A stretch of 64,000 bases of DNA from Ascidiella aspersa. Taxonomy: Eukaryota. Below the pieces are notes generated by a model. The model made no database searches. It had not been told where the DNA came from and saw only the letters and a list, made by a program, of their open reading frames with translations. The DNA lies in the NCBI GenBank assembly GCA_963924565.1, contig OZ004615.1, positions 17,670,001 to 17,734,000 on the forward strand, given 5' to 3'. How positions within the stretch are numbered: the stretch's first letter is position 1; the number at the start of each line of letters is the position of its first letter. Positions 10,401 to 22,400 of this stretch are shown in pieces. A program made the translations under genes and the position numbers.

Positions 10401-13400
10401 CATCCCTGTAGTCCCTAAGAATCGCGTGTTGCGCTTTCAGGGATCAGCGGCGACAAACCTGAACAGTGCAGCTACGGAACGGACAACGACCTGATTCGCA
10501 CTTCGCCTCTCATCGCCTTCCTCAACGTGCCACAGTGGCTGAGAAGCAGCAACGATCAGCAGAACTGGACCGCCGCGGGTGTGGTGCCAGGTAAACAGCA
10601 TTCATTACTGGCGAATGTTGACTCTCGCGACCGCGCTCTCGTGCTAGCCACTCGCGATAGTTGCTTTGCTGAGGGGTAGGTCGCCAAGGCCTTACTTTTC
10701 GTTCCCAATTTTTTATCCTGTTTACAAATGCTACTCAAAACTCGACGAACTCTAAATTAGTACTTAATCCAGTTGATCTCGTCCAGGATGCCGTGGCACC
10801 CTAATGTGCTACTTTTAATGCTCAAGGGTGCCGATAGGTATTTTGAGAATTAGAATCTGATTTTTGCTCAATCGGTAAGCTTCTCTACGTTTAGAGCTTA
10901 GAGCCCATTATATCAAATTTATTTTTCCTACATTCTTTAGGTTGATTGTCTTGTTCCAGTTCCATTTATATGACATTTCAGTAAATACTCAACGAAAGTT
11001 ACAGTCGTGATGCCGAAAATCTATTTAATATTTTTGAGGGGTGCCGTAAGCAATTAAAGGTTAAGATTCAGTGACCTAATTGTTATTTTCTGATATCTCC
11101 ACCCTTTGGACCAGGGGTAGCCAACCTATGGCGCTTTCGCATTGTAGGAATATAAGTGAGGTGGGATACTAGATCCCAGCAATAATACTATCAAGATAAT
11201 GCCTGGTCACAAAAAATAATAATGCCTGATTTCTAGAAAAGTCCAACAGACATTTAAGTAACGTTAACATAGAAAATTTTTTTTTTTTTATGTTTGTTTG
11301 CATGTATTAGTTAACGTTTCTCAAAGAAAGCTTAGTACCTACTTGCAAGTAAACCATTGTCCTGAATGCAGTCCACTTTCTACACTAGCGTATCTCTAAC
11401 TTTCTATTTCGCTGCTAATCCAATCCAAAAGACGTGCATACATTTAACTGTTAACCAATCTAAAAGACCACGCATACACTATATTAGCACCTTATAAATT
11501 GTAATTGACTTTGCTGAATGATATTTCAACAAAAAGTGTACCTAAGTATAGCAACGGATATAAAGCTGATATTCAATAGGAAAGGTATTTGGCTTAAGCC
11601 CTGAGCTTACGCAAGCGTTACAAACACCGACGACAAACATTTCACTCAGTGACGTTCGGTTACATAAATACGAAATTTCTCCTTTGCACAATCAAAGTTC
11701 CCTCTGGTGGGAAATTCCTCTCGATTGACACCCCCTGCTCTATTGACTTCAGGCGTTGTGCTTGACAACGCGAAATTGCCCAGTACAGGGATAAGAAAAG
11801 ATTTTACGCTTACGACTTCTTTAATGGCTTCGTATACCATATACCAGGGGTGGGCAAATGTATTCAATGGAAGAGCCATTTGTAGAAAATAAAAGCACCA
11901 AAGAGCCTCAAAATTATTTCAATACGAAAATGGTTACTAACGCAAGGCAAGTCGCAATAACAACAGAATTGTAATATAACAAAACGGTAATAATCAACAC
12001 AATAATAACGGTAATAGCAAAATAATACGCACAATATTTATTAATACCAGTCTTTTGTTAACTAACTCTTCGGCCTCTATGTCTAGTGTGACGTCATACA
12101 CGAAATGCTGGCCTAAAATAAAGAAAAACAGAGAAACGTTTATGAACGGTATTCTTGGTAACCTTTAGACTTTTTTGAAATATTACGATTCAACTTGAAG
12201 AGCCACAAAAAACATGCCGGAGAGCCGCATGCGGCTCGGGAGCCGCAGTTTGCCCACCCCTGCCATATACGGACGTGTACCGTTACCACGAAGTTCTCGG
12301 ATCTTTACATATCGTTGATTATCTTTGAGTTCGTTTGAAATTGAAGAGTTGTTTGATAGTCTTTAAATAGTCGGTGTATTCATTTCATGGGTCGTTTAAG
12401 TTTTATGTTTGAAAAGTAGCACAGTAAATTTATTTTTCTGTTGACCGTCATAGTCAACACACGTATAGTGATCCAATTTTATGTCTTTCAAAACCCATTA
12501 AGTTTCTTTGAAACGTATTTCGAAACGAATTTAGTTTATAAACTTGTGTGGCAACCCGGACTTACTCACTGTTAACTGATGACAGAAGCGCTGTTTTTTT
12601 TAACGAACGCAACAAACTGAATGCAATGTTATATTATTTGCTTGATAAATGCATCAAAAACTTGAACTTGTTTTTTGAGGGTTTCACACCTGCATTGTTA
12701 TATTCCAATACTGAAACGTGCAAAAAGCTCTTTCTTTCTAACGATTACTTTAAACGGCCCGGTATATTAACAAAACGATGGAGATAACACTATATAGGTC
12801 GTAGCCTTGGATAATCCTATTATGTTTCTTACACTACATACAGATACAAGCGTTCTGATAGCTAAAGTTATCAATCGTGCTTTTAACCTAATTTGAGTAG
12901 TTTTCTGCTTTTATAGTTAACTTCTTCATTGACCCGGTCAATGGTTGTTTCCGGCGTGTACTTAAATCTTTAAAAACGTACTATACTCAACGTACTATAA
13001 TTTGCAAATCCATTATTAAAAATTCTTGGAATATGTTACCCAATCCTGTTTCAAAATTTTCACGAAAATCCTCACCTCCAAACAACCACTAGTTACTCGC
13101 AACAACAAAAAAGTCGTATTTTTAAAACTTAATTCTGGAATTAAGTTTTGCTCCATCGATAACTTTGCATCTACCGTATGTCTGGTTAAGCATATGCCAT
13201 AAGAGTAAATTATTCTTTTGCCTTCCCTTTTTAGGACAATGCGTTAATATATGCAACCTGCTAATGGCAGGTTAAAATAATTTAATTCTCCAAACATTTA
13301 CGTATCAGATTAAAAGTTCAGAAATTGTTAATAAAAATATTTTTATTATTCTCATCAGTTGTAAGGATGTGTTGTCTAAACTTCCAGAAGTGTTGTTTTC

Positions 13401-16400
13401 AAAAATCAGTTGATTTGGATATCTTTAATTCCAATATGATAACGAACTCAATTGCCACGACCCAATTATTAATACACCTTAGCATTGAAACATATTTTTT
13501 GTAGCAAGGTTACGCCAGTGTTTTAATGCTTTTTTGAATCATAAAACCCTTAAATGTTAGGTCATTTTGCGGAACACATAATGCATTAAAATTAACAACA
13601 CAACAAACAAGTTCGAAATTCGTATTCGAGCTGTGTTACAATCCTATTGTTATGCAACGAGTTTTATTATTACATAACAAACTTAGGCAAATCACAAAAT
13701 AAAATGCAATCTGGTGATCATAAATTGAAAGCCACTTAAATTCACTGTGTTAAACCAGTGATTTTTGACCGATGTTACATGGAACGTTTATATAATAAAT
13801 TTCTTCTGACGATCTTTCACGGAACACCGGTTGAAAATCTCTAGACTAAGCTATTACCAAATATTGTGTTCAAACTTGTCTTCAACTTCATACACTAATG
13901 CCAACTTATTTTTGTTAACTTTTGTGCAGAGGATCAAGATCGACCACCTCTGCGACTGAAACTGCTGCGATGTAGATCCACAGGTTCGGAGGAAAGTTCA
14001 GGAGAACTTAAGTTGCTGAGATCTGTGGACAGCTATCTCGTCAACTCGTCCTCTGCCGGTAAGAATCGACAAGTTCTGGTAAAAGTGATCCCCCCTTTCG
14101 TTTTAAAATCCTAGTCTTTTGGCTTCTTAATTAACTTGAAATTCAGTTGATGATAACTTGGTATTCAGTTGACATAAAATTCAATATTTTTACGTTTCCC
14201 CCCAAAAAAATCTGTGTTAATTTTGCTACTGTGCTCTGCCTGTTAGAATCGACACTTTTCTGGTAAAAGTATTTCCCCCCTTCGTTATATGATCCTCGGG
14301 TAAAGTATTGGCCCCCTTTTGTTATACGATTCTCGTCTTTAGAATGATAACTTGGTTTTCAGTTGACGCAAAATTCATTATTATGTTTCGAAAAAAATCG
14401 GGTGTTAATGCTGCTACCCTGGCCATCATCAGATAAAGGATCAATTATAAGTCACAGACCCTAAATCGTGTCCATTTTCGATTTAAAATAATTGAAAAGT
14501 GGTTGTGTTTTCAGGTAAGAGTAAAAGTGGTAGAGTCGTTCTTCTCGTTCAGTGAAGTTTAGCAAACCGTTTGACTAATTCGATTGGCCGGTTTCCGGCC
14601 GATCGTGCGTAGCAAAGCAACGCGATTGAACCAGGCCACCGCACCATTTGTCACCCAGCCACTCGATTTTCGAAACAACAACTCACAACTGTGCCTCGAT
14701 CAAGCCAACACGTGGTGGCCAGCCACTGTGGCAGAGCGTTGTTACGGCAAATGAACTCGATCGGCAAGGTGGCGGCCCCTTCAGCCGTTCTTCATCGCTG
14801 GAAACTTTACACCGACCGATCGATAGAAGTTTAATGCGGAACGCCTTTGAATGAATGGCAACGTCGGGCTCTGGGCGCCCTTTCGCGCTAACGCTTTCGA
14901 TCGTTTTTTTGCATCTTTGCGAGACCGAAAGTCTTTCCTTAGCTGAATATGATTTTTACACGCGCACTTTAGAGTGTGTAGAAACGTGCCCCTTGGCTTT
15001 TTGTAATAACTGTTATTTCATTTCTATAGTGTTTGTGTTTTAGTTAAAGCCGCATTTGTCATACTTTTAAACAAGCCTTGCACAACCGTTATTTTGCCTA
15101 AAGCACTGTTAGCTTTTCGTTCGAAGTTACGGATATTGTTGAGCTAACGATCACCGATGATTGCACCACGATTGCTAATTGAAGGGGTTTGTCTTGGGTG
15201 ATATGAAAAGTATTTTGCGTTGTCAATGTAGATATTGGACCAAAAATTTACGAGTGGTTAGTATTTCATCCAGAAAGTGATGCTGTTCATTCTCTGATTT
15301 TAGAAGATCCGTGACAAAGACTACATTGGATGTTATATAAGTTTCCTAGTTTAATTTATAGTTGTACTTGTTCGGCAATATTTTACATGAGTATGTTCGA
15401 GAATCAATCTAGAGTTACCAAGTTGAAATCGAACCTTCCCTTAAGTTTTTATCCAAACTGCGCCCGATCAAATCACGAGGAAATTTGCAAACTGTTTTCT
15501 AAAAGATGAGCGCAGTCCCACCGCGTTTGACCAAAATAAAGAACCCGGCACCACAACAACATTAGTTCGCTCATCAATATTTGATGCGTTTTGCTGTCCG
15601 CACATTCCGCCGAAACAACCTCAACCAGCGCCTTATCACCACCTACACCGGTGATTCTCGATCTTTTATGGCCCACGGGACCCCTCCAAAATATTAAATA
15701 GATTTTGTCGCACCCCGACTGGAATTTTCGTTGGGGATTTTACTGAAATGTCACTATAAATGTAACTGGAAGAACACAATAAACTTAAAACAAGTAGAAA
15801 ATATCATTATATGTAATGTTTTCTAATCGTACACAAATAGTTGTATCAAGAAGCTTTCAAATGGAATCAGATTCTTAGAAGTTCTCATATACCATCGGCA
15901 CCATTAAGCATTACAAAACGCCGCAGCACCCGATTGAGAACCACTGACCTACACACATTTCGATTTACCGCAGTGGCTGCCGTTTCGAAGACGCTGGTGA
16001 CGCACTCGTGCAGCGTTTGCGGCGAAGGTTTCGCGAGTCAGAGGGCCGTAGAAAGTCACAGGGCCGGCAGCGCTTGCGGCATCGGAGTACGGAGCTCCAC
16101 CAACGGACGCAAGATGTTCTGGTGCCGCCTCTGCAACTACGCCTCGTTCGAGAAGAGCACCATCATGAGGTAAAGGCTTTGAGTGGTATAGACGCGTTGG
16201 CCCGGTATAAAGGATGTAAGGCAGTCCTTAACTTGGTATTTGCCTTTTGTTAACAACATCCTATATTTTAGAAAAGTGTTTCTCAAATCATTTACTAAAC
16301 ATAAAGTATACCAAAGAAGCTTTGGCGACCCAATTCTGAATGATTTTTAGTGGAGTGAACAAATCATAGGAAAAATAGCTTAAATAAATTCAAATTTAAC

Positions 16401-19400
16401 TATTGTGAGCCATACATTCGAGTTTCACCTAAAGTTTTCTCAAATTTTCGAGCAAATCTCAACATATTTAATCATGTTAAAATCTCGAATTGGCGACCCC
16501 ACCAAATCAAACGGCGACCCAACTTTAGGTCTTGAATTATAGGTTGAGAAACACTGTTTTATGCCAGGGACTGTTTGACCCAATGCCACTTATTTATTAT
16601 TATTATTAGTGTGGTAATTAAATATTGTATCGGGATGTTTAAAACCTAGTATTGGTTGAATACAATTCTCTGAATCCAAAACCGAACAATTCTTAGCAAT
16701 ACATATATCAGACAACACTCTAGGTCTTCATATTAGATTTAGATGGTCGGTTTAAGGAACACCTTCCAGGTAAAATGTGCACCTAAGCCAATTGGTTGGG
16801 GTATTTACTCGCACAAAGTTCAGCTAAATACTCGACGGCTTATATGACCGGGACTGTTTATTAGTGACCTAATGTGCTAGTATGGTATGGTTCAGCCAGA
16901 CAAGGTCTTCCTAACCCGTTTTCGGCTACAGAACGCCATGCCTATTAAGGTAACCCGTGGGCCGTGATCTCCATCTTATAGCAGTTATCCATCTAAAACC
17001 GTAAATAAACTGACCATAATTCTACTAAAAAAAAATGTCCTTGACTCCTAAATACTCCATTGACCTGCAGCTAAATGGATGGTAACTGGTAGTTTACACT
17101 GCAAGAAATTTGTCGCCGCTAAACCCAACAACAAAAGTAACGTACTCAGTTAAAAAACCCTTCTTTGTATAAAGCAAGTCCGCAGCCGTATCCCCAGTAT
17201 ATACCTCAGTCATGTGTGACACTAAGCAGGTATGAGGGCACACGATTTTCTTTATTCAAACTCCCAAGCTACCTGGGCAGAGTTTCACTTCGTTGTGATT
17301 CATTGTGTCCTTTAGTGGTAGAGTGTTAGACAACTTGACATCGCGTTTCGTCGAGCTACTGGGAGTGTAATGAATAATAGATTCAAGTTCCCCCCTGCAC
17401 GGCTTGAAGCCTCTTCCGAGTCACAGAAGCTCTTTAGACCCACCTAAAGTTACCAATACCTTTACTAAACTATTCCATTTGTGTACTCATAGATGCTGCC
17501 AAAAGTTTGTCATTAACGGACGCTTCCGTCATAGTGAATGTATATTGTTGTAAAAAGTTGTTTGGTTGCAAATATTGCTGCCGTGCCTTGAAAATGTAAA
17601 GTTTGACAAATTTGCGTTCAACCTTCACTACAGCCCAATCGTATAATAGAAAAATGATTAGCTTTGAAACCTCAATCGTCAGTATAAAGTCACGAAAATG
17701 GTTTAGCTGTGTAAAACGTTACCTCTGTCATAGATTTTCTCTATGTCTCTTCCAAACAAGGATTCAATGCCCTTAAACCAGTACTGTTAGGCTTCATGAC
17801 AGTGAATGAGCCCGTTTTATACCACTCGTTAAGACTGCCAGGTTCCAGTTATTTAAAAAAAACTAGTCGGCATATTTTACCCTCGCCTTTTTCACATTGT
17901 CGCAAAACAGCTGTTTAGGCAAAAATAAGCCAACCGTTTTGTTTCGCGTCGGTTCAAACTTCTCATCTGATCCTGTCGGGCACGACCGCTAACGCCCACG
18001 TTCGTATCCGCGCAGGCACCAGCGCACTCACACCGGAATCCGACCTTACTCGTGCAAGTTCTGTCACCTTGCCTTCACCACAAAGGCCAACTGCGAACGT
18101 CACGTACGCAAACGACACATCGCACAAGTCCCCAATGAAGCCGACGTCAAGGAGGCGGTAACTGTATATATCATTCATATACCTTCAGTTCCCTCACTTG
18201 TTCATTTCGTTCACTATTTACCCTAACTACGTTGTTTTCTCCAAAACTAGAAGTGTACCTGCACAAACTTAAATACAATATGCAACAATAGTATGCCGTG
18301 TGCTTCACATACCATCAACATCCGTTTACTTTTTCATTACATATCACACTATCAACATTTTATTTTTTCATCTATCTGCCTTATACAGACTCGTAATATT
18401 ATAAAAAAAGCGCATATATTTTTCAAAGCAAAGAATGATTGGTTTAATTTTTAAATCTATTTCACTTACATCATTTCATCTATTATTGTTTTGATGCCGT
18501 TGCACTTACATTATCATAATTATAAAAAAATCATGTAGTAGCTAATGTACATTTATAAAAAATTGGCAGTTTCCAAATATTTGGACTCAAAATTTTGAAT
18601 AATTATACCATTTTTATGTTTATTTTATCAAGTTTTATGGTTCGATTAGGTTTTCTTTAAATTTAGTCGATTTTTTCACTTATTGACGTTGTATAGCTAG
18701 CTTGGTTAGTTTGCAGCCTTTACCAAGTTCAAAAAGCTAAAGTTTTTGTTTAAATTATAAGGTTGAATGCGACGAGGAACTGCTAAAGAAGGCAAGATCC
18801 GGAGGTTCGGAGTTCAAGCCCTATCAAGCGAAGGGCGGTCTCGTCACTTCTCCAGAACAGCACTTGTATATACAGTTTGTTGATACAGTTATATCCTTGA
18901 ATTTTAAAATTGCCAACAGTTTAACGTCTGCAATGTGTTAGGTCAATTTACAATCATATGGGTTGAAGAACTAATCAACACCTCTTGTTATCACCTGCTT
19001 TGAGTACTTAATGTAGTTTATGTTCGAAACTTCATATTTATGATTAACAGCCTTTTATCCATTAAAATATGCATACATGCAATCTAGAATTTTTGCAAGT
19101 TGATGTAATCTTTCGAAGTCGCATATAACAACACCCATACCAATAGCACATGGGTTGCCGTAGCGAAATTAGTCGGCCTGTCCAACAAGGCAAAGGCGAG
19201 AAAACAGCGTGCGGTGAGATTCGAACTCACGACCTCGTAAAAATACCGGGGTCGATTCGCGTCGTGCTTTTTCCAGTATGACGGATTGCTTTCGAACGCT
19301 CCCAAAGCAACCGCAACCGACGATCGATTTTTCTTTCACAAGGTTCAAGTGTCGCCTGTGCAAGTCGGTGTTCACGACGCGCAGCAACGGGGCGCGTCAC

Positions 19401-22400
19401 GTGATGGACAAGCACCATATCTACAGCAGGAAGGGCGCCAACGAGATGGTCACCTACCTTCAACAGAACCGCGTCGAACCCCGGCACCGGCCAATAGCGC
19501 CCGCGCCAGGCAAGTGTATAAACAATGTTTTAGCTCATTTATGAAGAGGGCTATCCGAGTAAATGTAAAATGCCTTTTGTTGTTTGACTGGCGTTTTTTT
19601 AACTAACTTGTTCACGGGGTTTCTGCCGGTAAACGTTTCTCCTGTACAAAGTATTTCAATCTTTTGCTCTTTGCTTGGAACAAGTAAGAAAATCAAGGAT
19701 TTTTTTCTATTAAGTTGTAAAACTCACTGGCCACTTAATTACCGGCCAATTCCCGTAATATTATGTACATTTTCTAGTCCCCTTTCTTGCCAAATCATGT
19801 AATTCGTTTTATGAACAGCGTACAAATTTGGCGGAGCCTTTGTAAGCAAGCCAGTTTAGGCGACGTAACTGGTGAGCAATATAATGGTGTTTTAAGCTGC
19901 ACGAGTAATGATTCTATAATTCAGTTCCGTTATACCATATACGAGAGGTTTATGCTAAGATGAGGCTTGGTCGATAGGATTTTCCCAACCTAACCCATTT
20001 TTTTAGGCTGCTTCCGCTACAATTTACAGTTCTGGCTTGCACGGCTACCCTTATTGAGTTGATGAATAATATTAAAATTGCTAAAAAGCCAAAATTTCGG
20101 GTAAAGTTGATATATATTCCAAATGTATATTTTAGTGAAAGCTTACTAAGTTAATATGTTAAAACAGCTGCGAATTTCCAGCTTCAATAACTTGACAAGT
20201 CGAACCACGACATTACCAAACAATTAATTGTGCTGGTTTTGTCCTGCAACTCACACTGATTCATTCGTACAGGCATTTCATCGGATGATGGCACGGTTCA
20301 TTTCGTTTCGAAGCGAACTTTAGATGGAATCCATCATCAACATCAACAGAGTCCGGTAAATACATTATGAAATCAAATTCTACACAGACACTGTATTGTT
20401 CTATACTAGCAAACAATTTTCAGTGGTTTACAAATGAAAGTGTAACATTCAAAATTTATTAAAATAGTTTTTTAAACACCAATTGAAAAAATTAGATTTC
20501 TTTGCCTACGTTCTGTTTGTTGTAATTTTGTGTCACCAAATCGCAAATTTGAACAACAATGTTGCGCATGATACTGGAGATGTATTCCTCGCCCGCAAAC
20601 AATTTCACCAATGGTTTAAACTGCATAGAACACTGTAATAGCAATATAATTTTAACGTTTGCGCAAAGAACAACGACGCTATCAGTTGTTCTTTAAGCAG
20701 ATCTTTAAAATTTTTAGACTCAAATGTATTTGTTTAAACTAACATGCAAAGATGCGTAAGCCACGTAACACAACTTGCAGCTAAATGTATCAATTGCATT
20801 TGTTAGTTTCATTCATTTTGTAAACGGACACGCGGATATTGGAAATTTTGCACTTCATTCCAATAAGATGTTACTTGCTTCCAAATGTATTCGTACGTGG
20901 AAAAAAACATAACATATACAATATTTTAACAATGTTGGAAAATATTGATTGCCAGCTTTGTGATGTTTTCTTGAAATGTTTTGTACAATTTCCTTCAAGG
21001 CTTGCCAATAATGCAACTATTTATGCTTATTTTCATCATAGCAAACGCAAGTATATTACGCTCTTTTCTCGTTTGTTAAAACAGGCGACTTTGTTTCGCG
21101 GCAAGAAGCGTCGGCCCGAAGTGCCGAACGGGCCCCAGCCCCCGGTGAAAATACCCCGCTTGATACCCCTGAGCAAGATCGAAGCCTACCACGTCTCATC
21201 ACAGAAGCTGGCGCAACATTTCCGCAGCAACTACGCAGAGGTTCTGGATAATCTTGGGGTCGCTGGTGAGTTGCACGTCGGTGTTTGCCAACGCGTGTTT
21301 CTGTTGATTTTCTAAATTAATATTTTGGGAATATGTGTTATCTCTATATTTAAGGGCTGCAGCTTAAGTTTAAATTGTGTTGGTTTAAATCAGTGTTTCT
21401 CAGCCAATTATGGATAGCGGCACCGCTCAGAAATAAAAAAATAGATTGCGTCACCCCTACAAGATTTTTCCAAAGCTAAAATAATATACCATAAACGGAA
21501 CTGGAAGAACACACATCAACTCTACACAACGTATAAAGTTATAATTGGATTTATTCCACTTGAATTTTACACAAAAAGGTATAAGAGTTGGGCAAAAATC
21601 AGATTCTTATTCTCAAATATCTCTCGGCACCCTTGAGCATTCGAAATGGCACCCGGGTTACGAACCACTGGATTAAATCAAAAAGCACCCGACTGAGTAT
21701 TTTAAAACTTAGATTGTGCTGAAATTTCTGAATGCAGATGCTGTATTTACTTTAAGTGCTCAACCTTTGGGTCGCGGTCTACTTTTACCGGCGATTTATA
21801 CTGAGAACTTGTACTTTTTAGGGTCCGCGATATGGTGTTGTGACAAAACAATTAAAAGAACAATTGGAAAGTGAGACATCTTTGATGTTCGTACTTTTTA
21901 AGGTCCGCAATATGGTTTGGTTGTAATACAATAGAAAAAAAAACAATTCGAAATTGACCCATCTAATATGTTTTATGGATGTAGAAGTTGAGTTGATGTT
22001 TAAATACTTATATGACTCAACACTTTCCAACGCTTGCGTGTCGGTAAAGAATGTTGACAAAACCGACTCAAGTTTAAAAAAAATATTCTGTGTTACAAGC
22101 GACCTCGTTGTGCTGCGCAGTACTATCTAACGCGTCCGCTCCAATAGGACGAGATGGTAATTGTTGTAAGTGCTATATGACCCATTCAACGCTGAACGCT
22201 TGTACTTGTTGAGTACGTCACTCCTGCTAAACCGCCGAGTGTGTCTCTTCCATAGCACCTTGTCAGGGAATTGCACAGCTCATCATAAGCGCTTAATACA
22301 TTGCTGGCTGTTTCTCACCAGGGTTTGATATGTTTTTCATCGCAGTCAGTCCTGGTAGGTATCCAAGATTGCATTTACATATCCAATTGGGCACTCCATT

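Noticed and set aside
18801-18807. Second possible GC donor AAG|GCAAGA in RREB1 exon 14
   Set aside because: It gives phase 0, but the next exon needs phase 2; the GT donor at 18866 fits.
19190-19280. Possible tRNA gene (T-arm GTTCGAATC on the minus strand)
   Set aside because: No D-arm/A-box or acceptor stem could be formed. A near-identical segment at 57875 indicates a SINE family.
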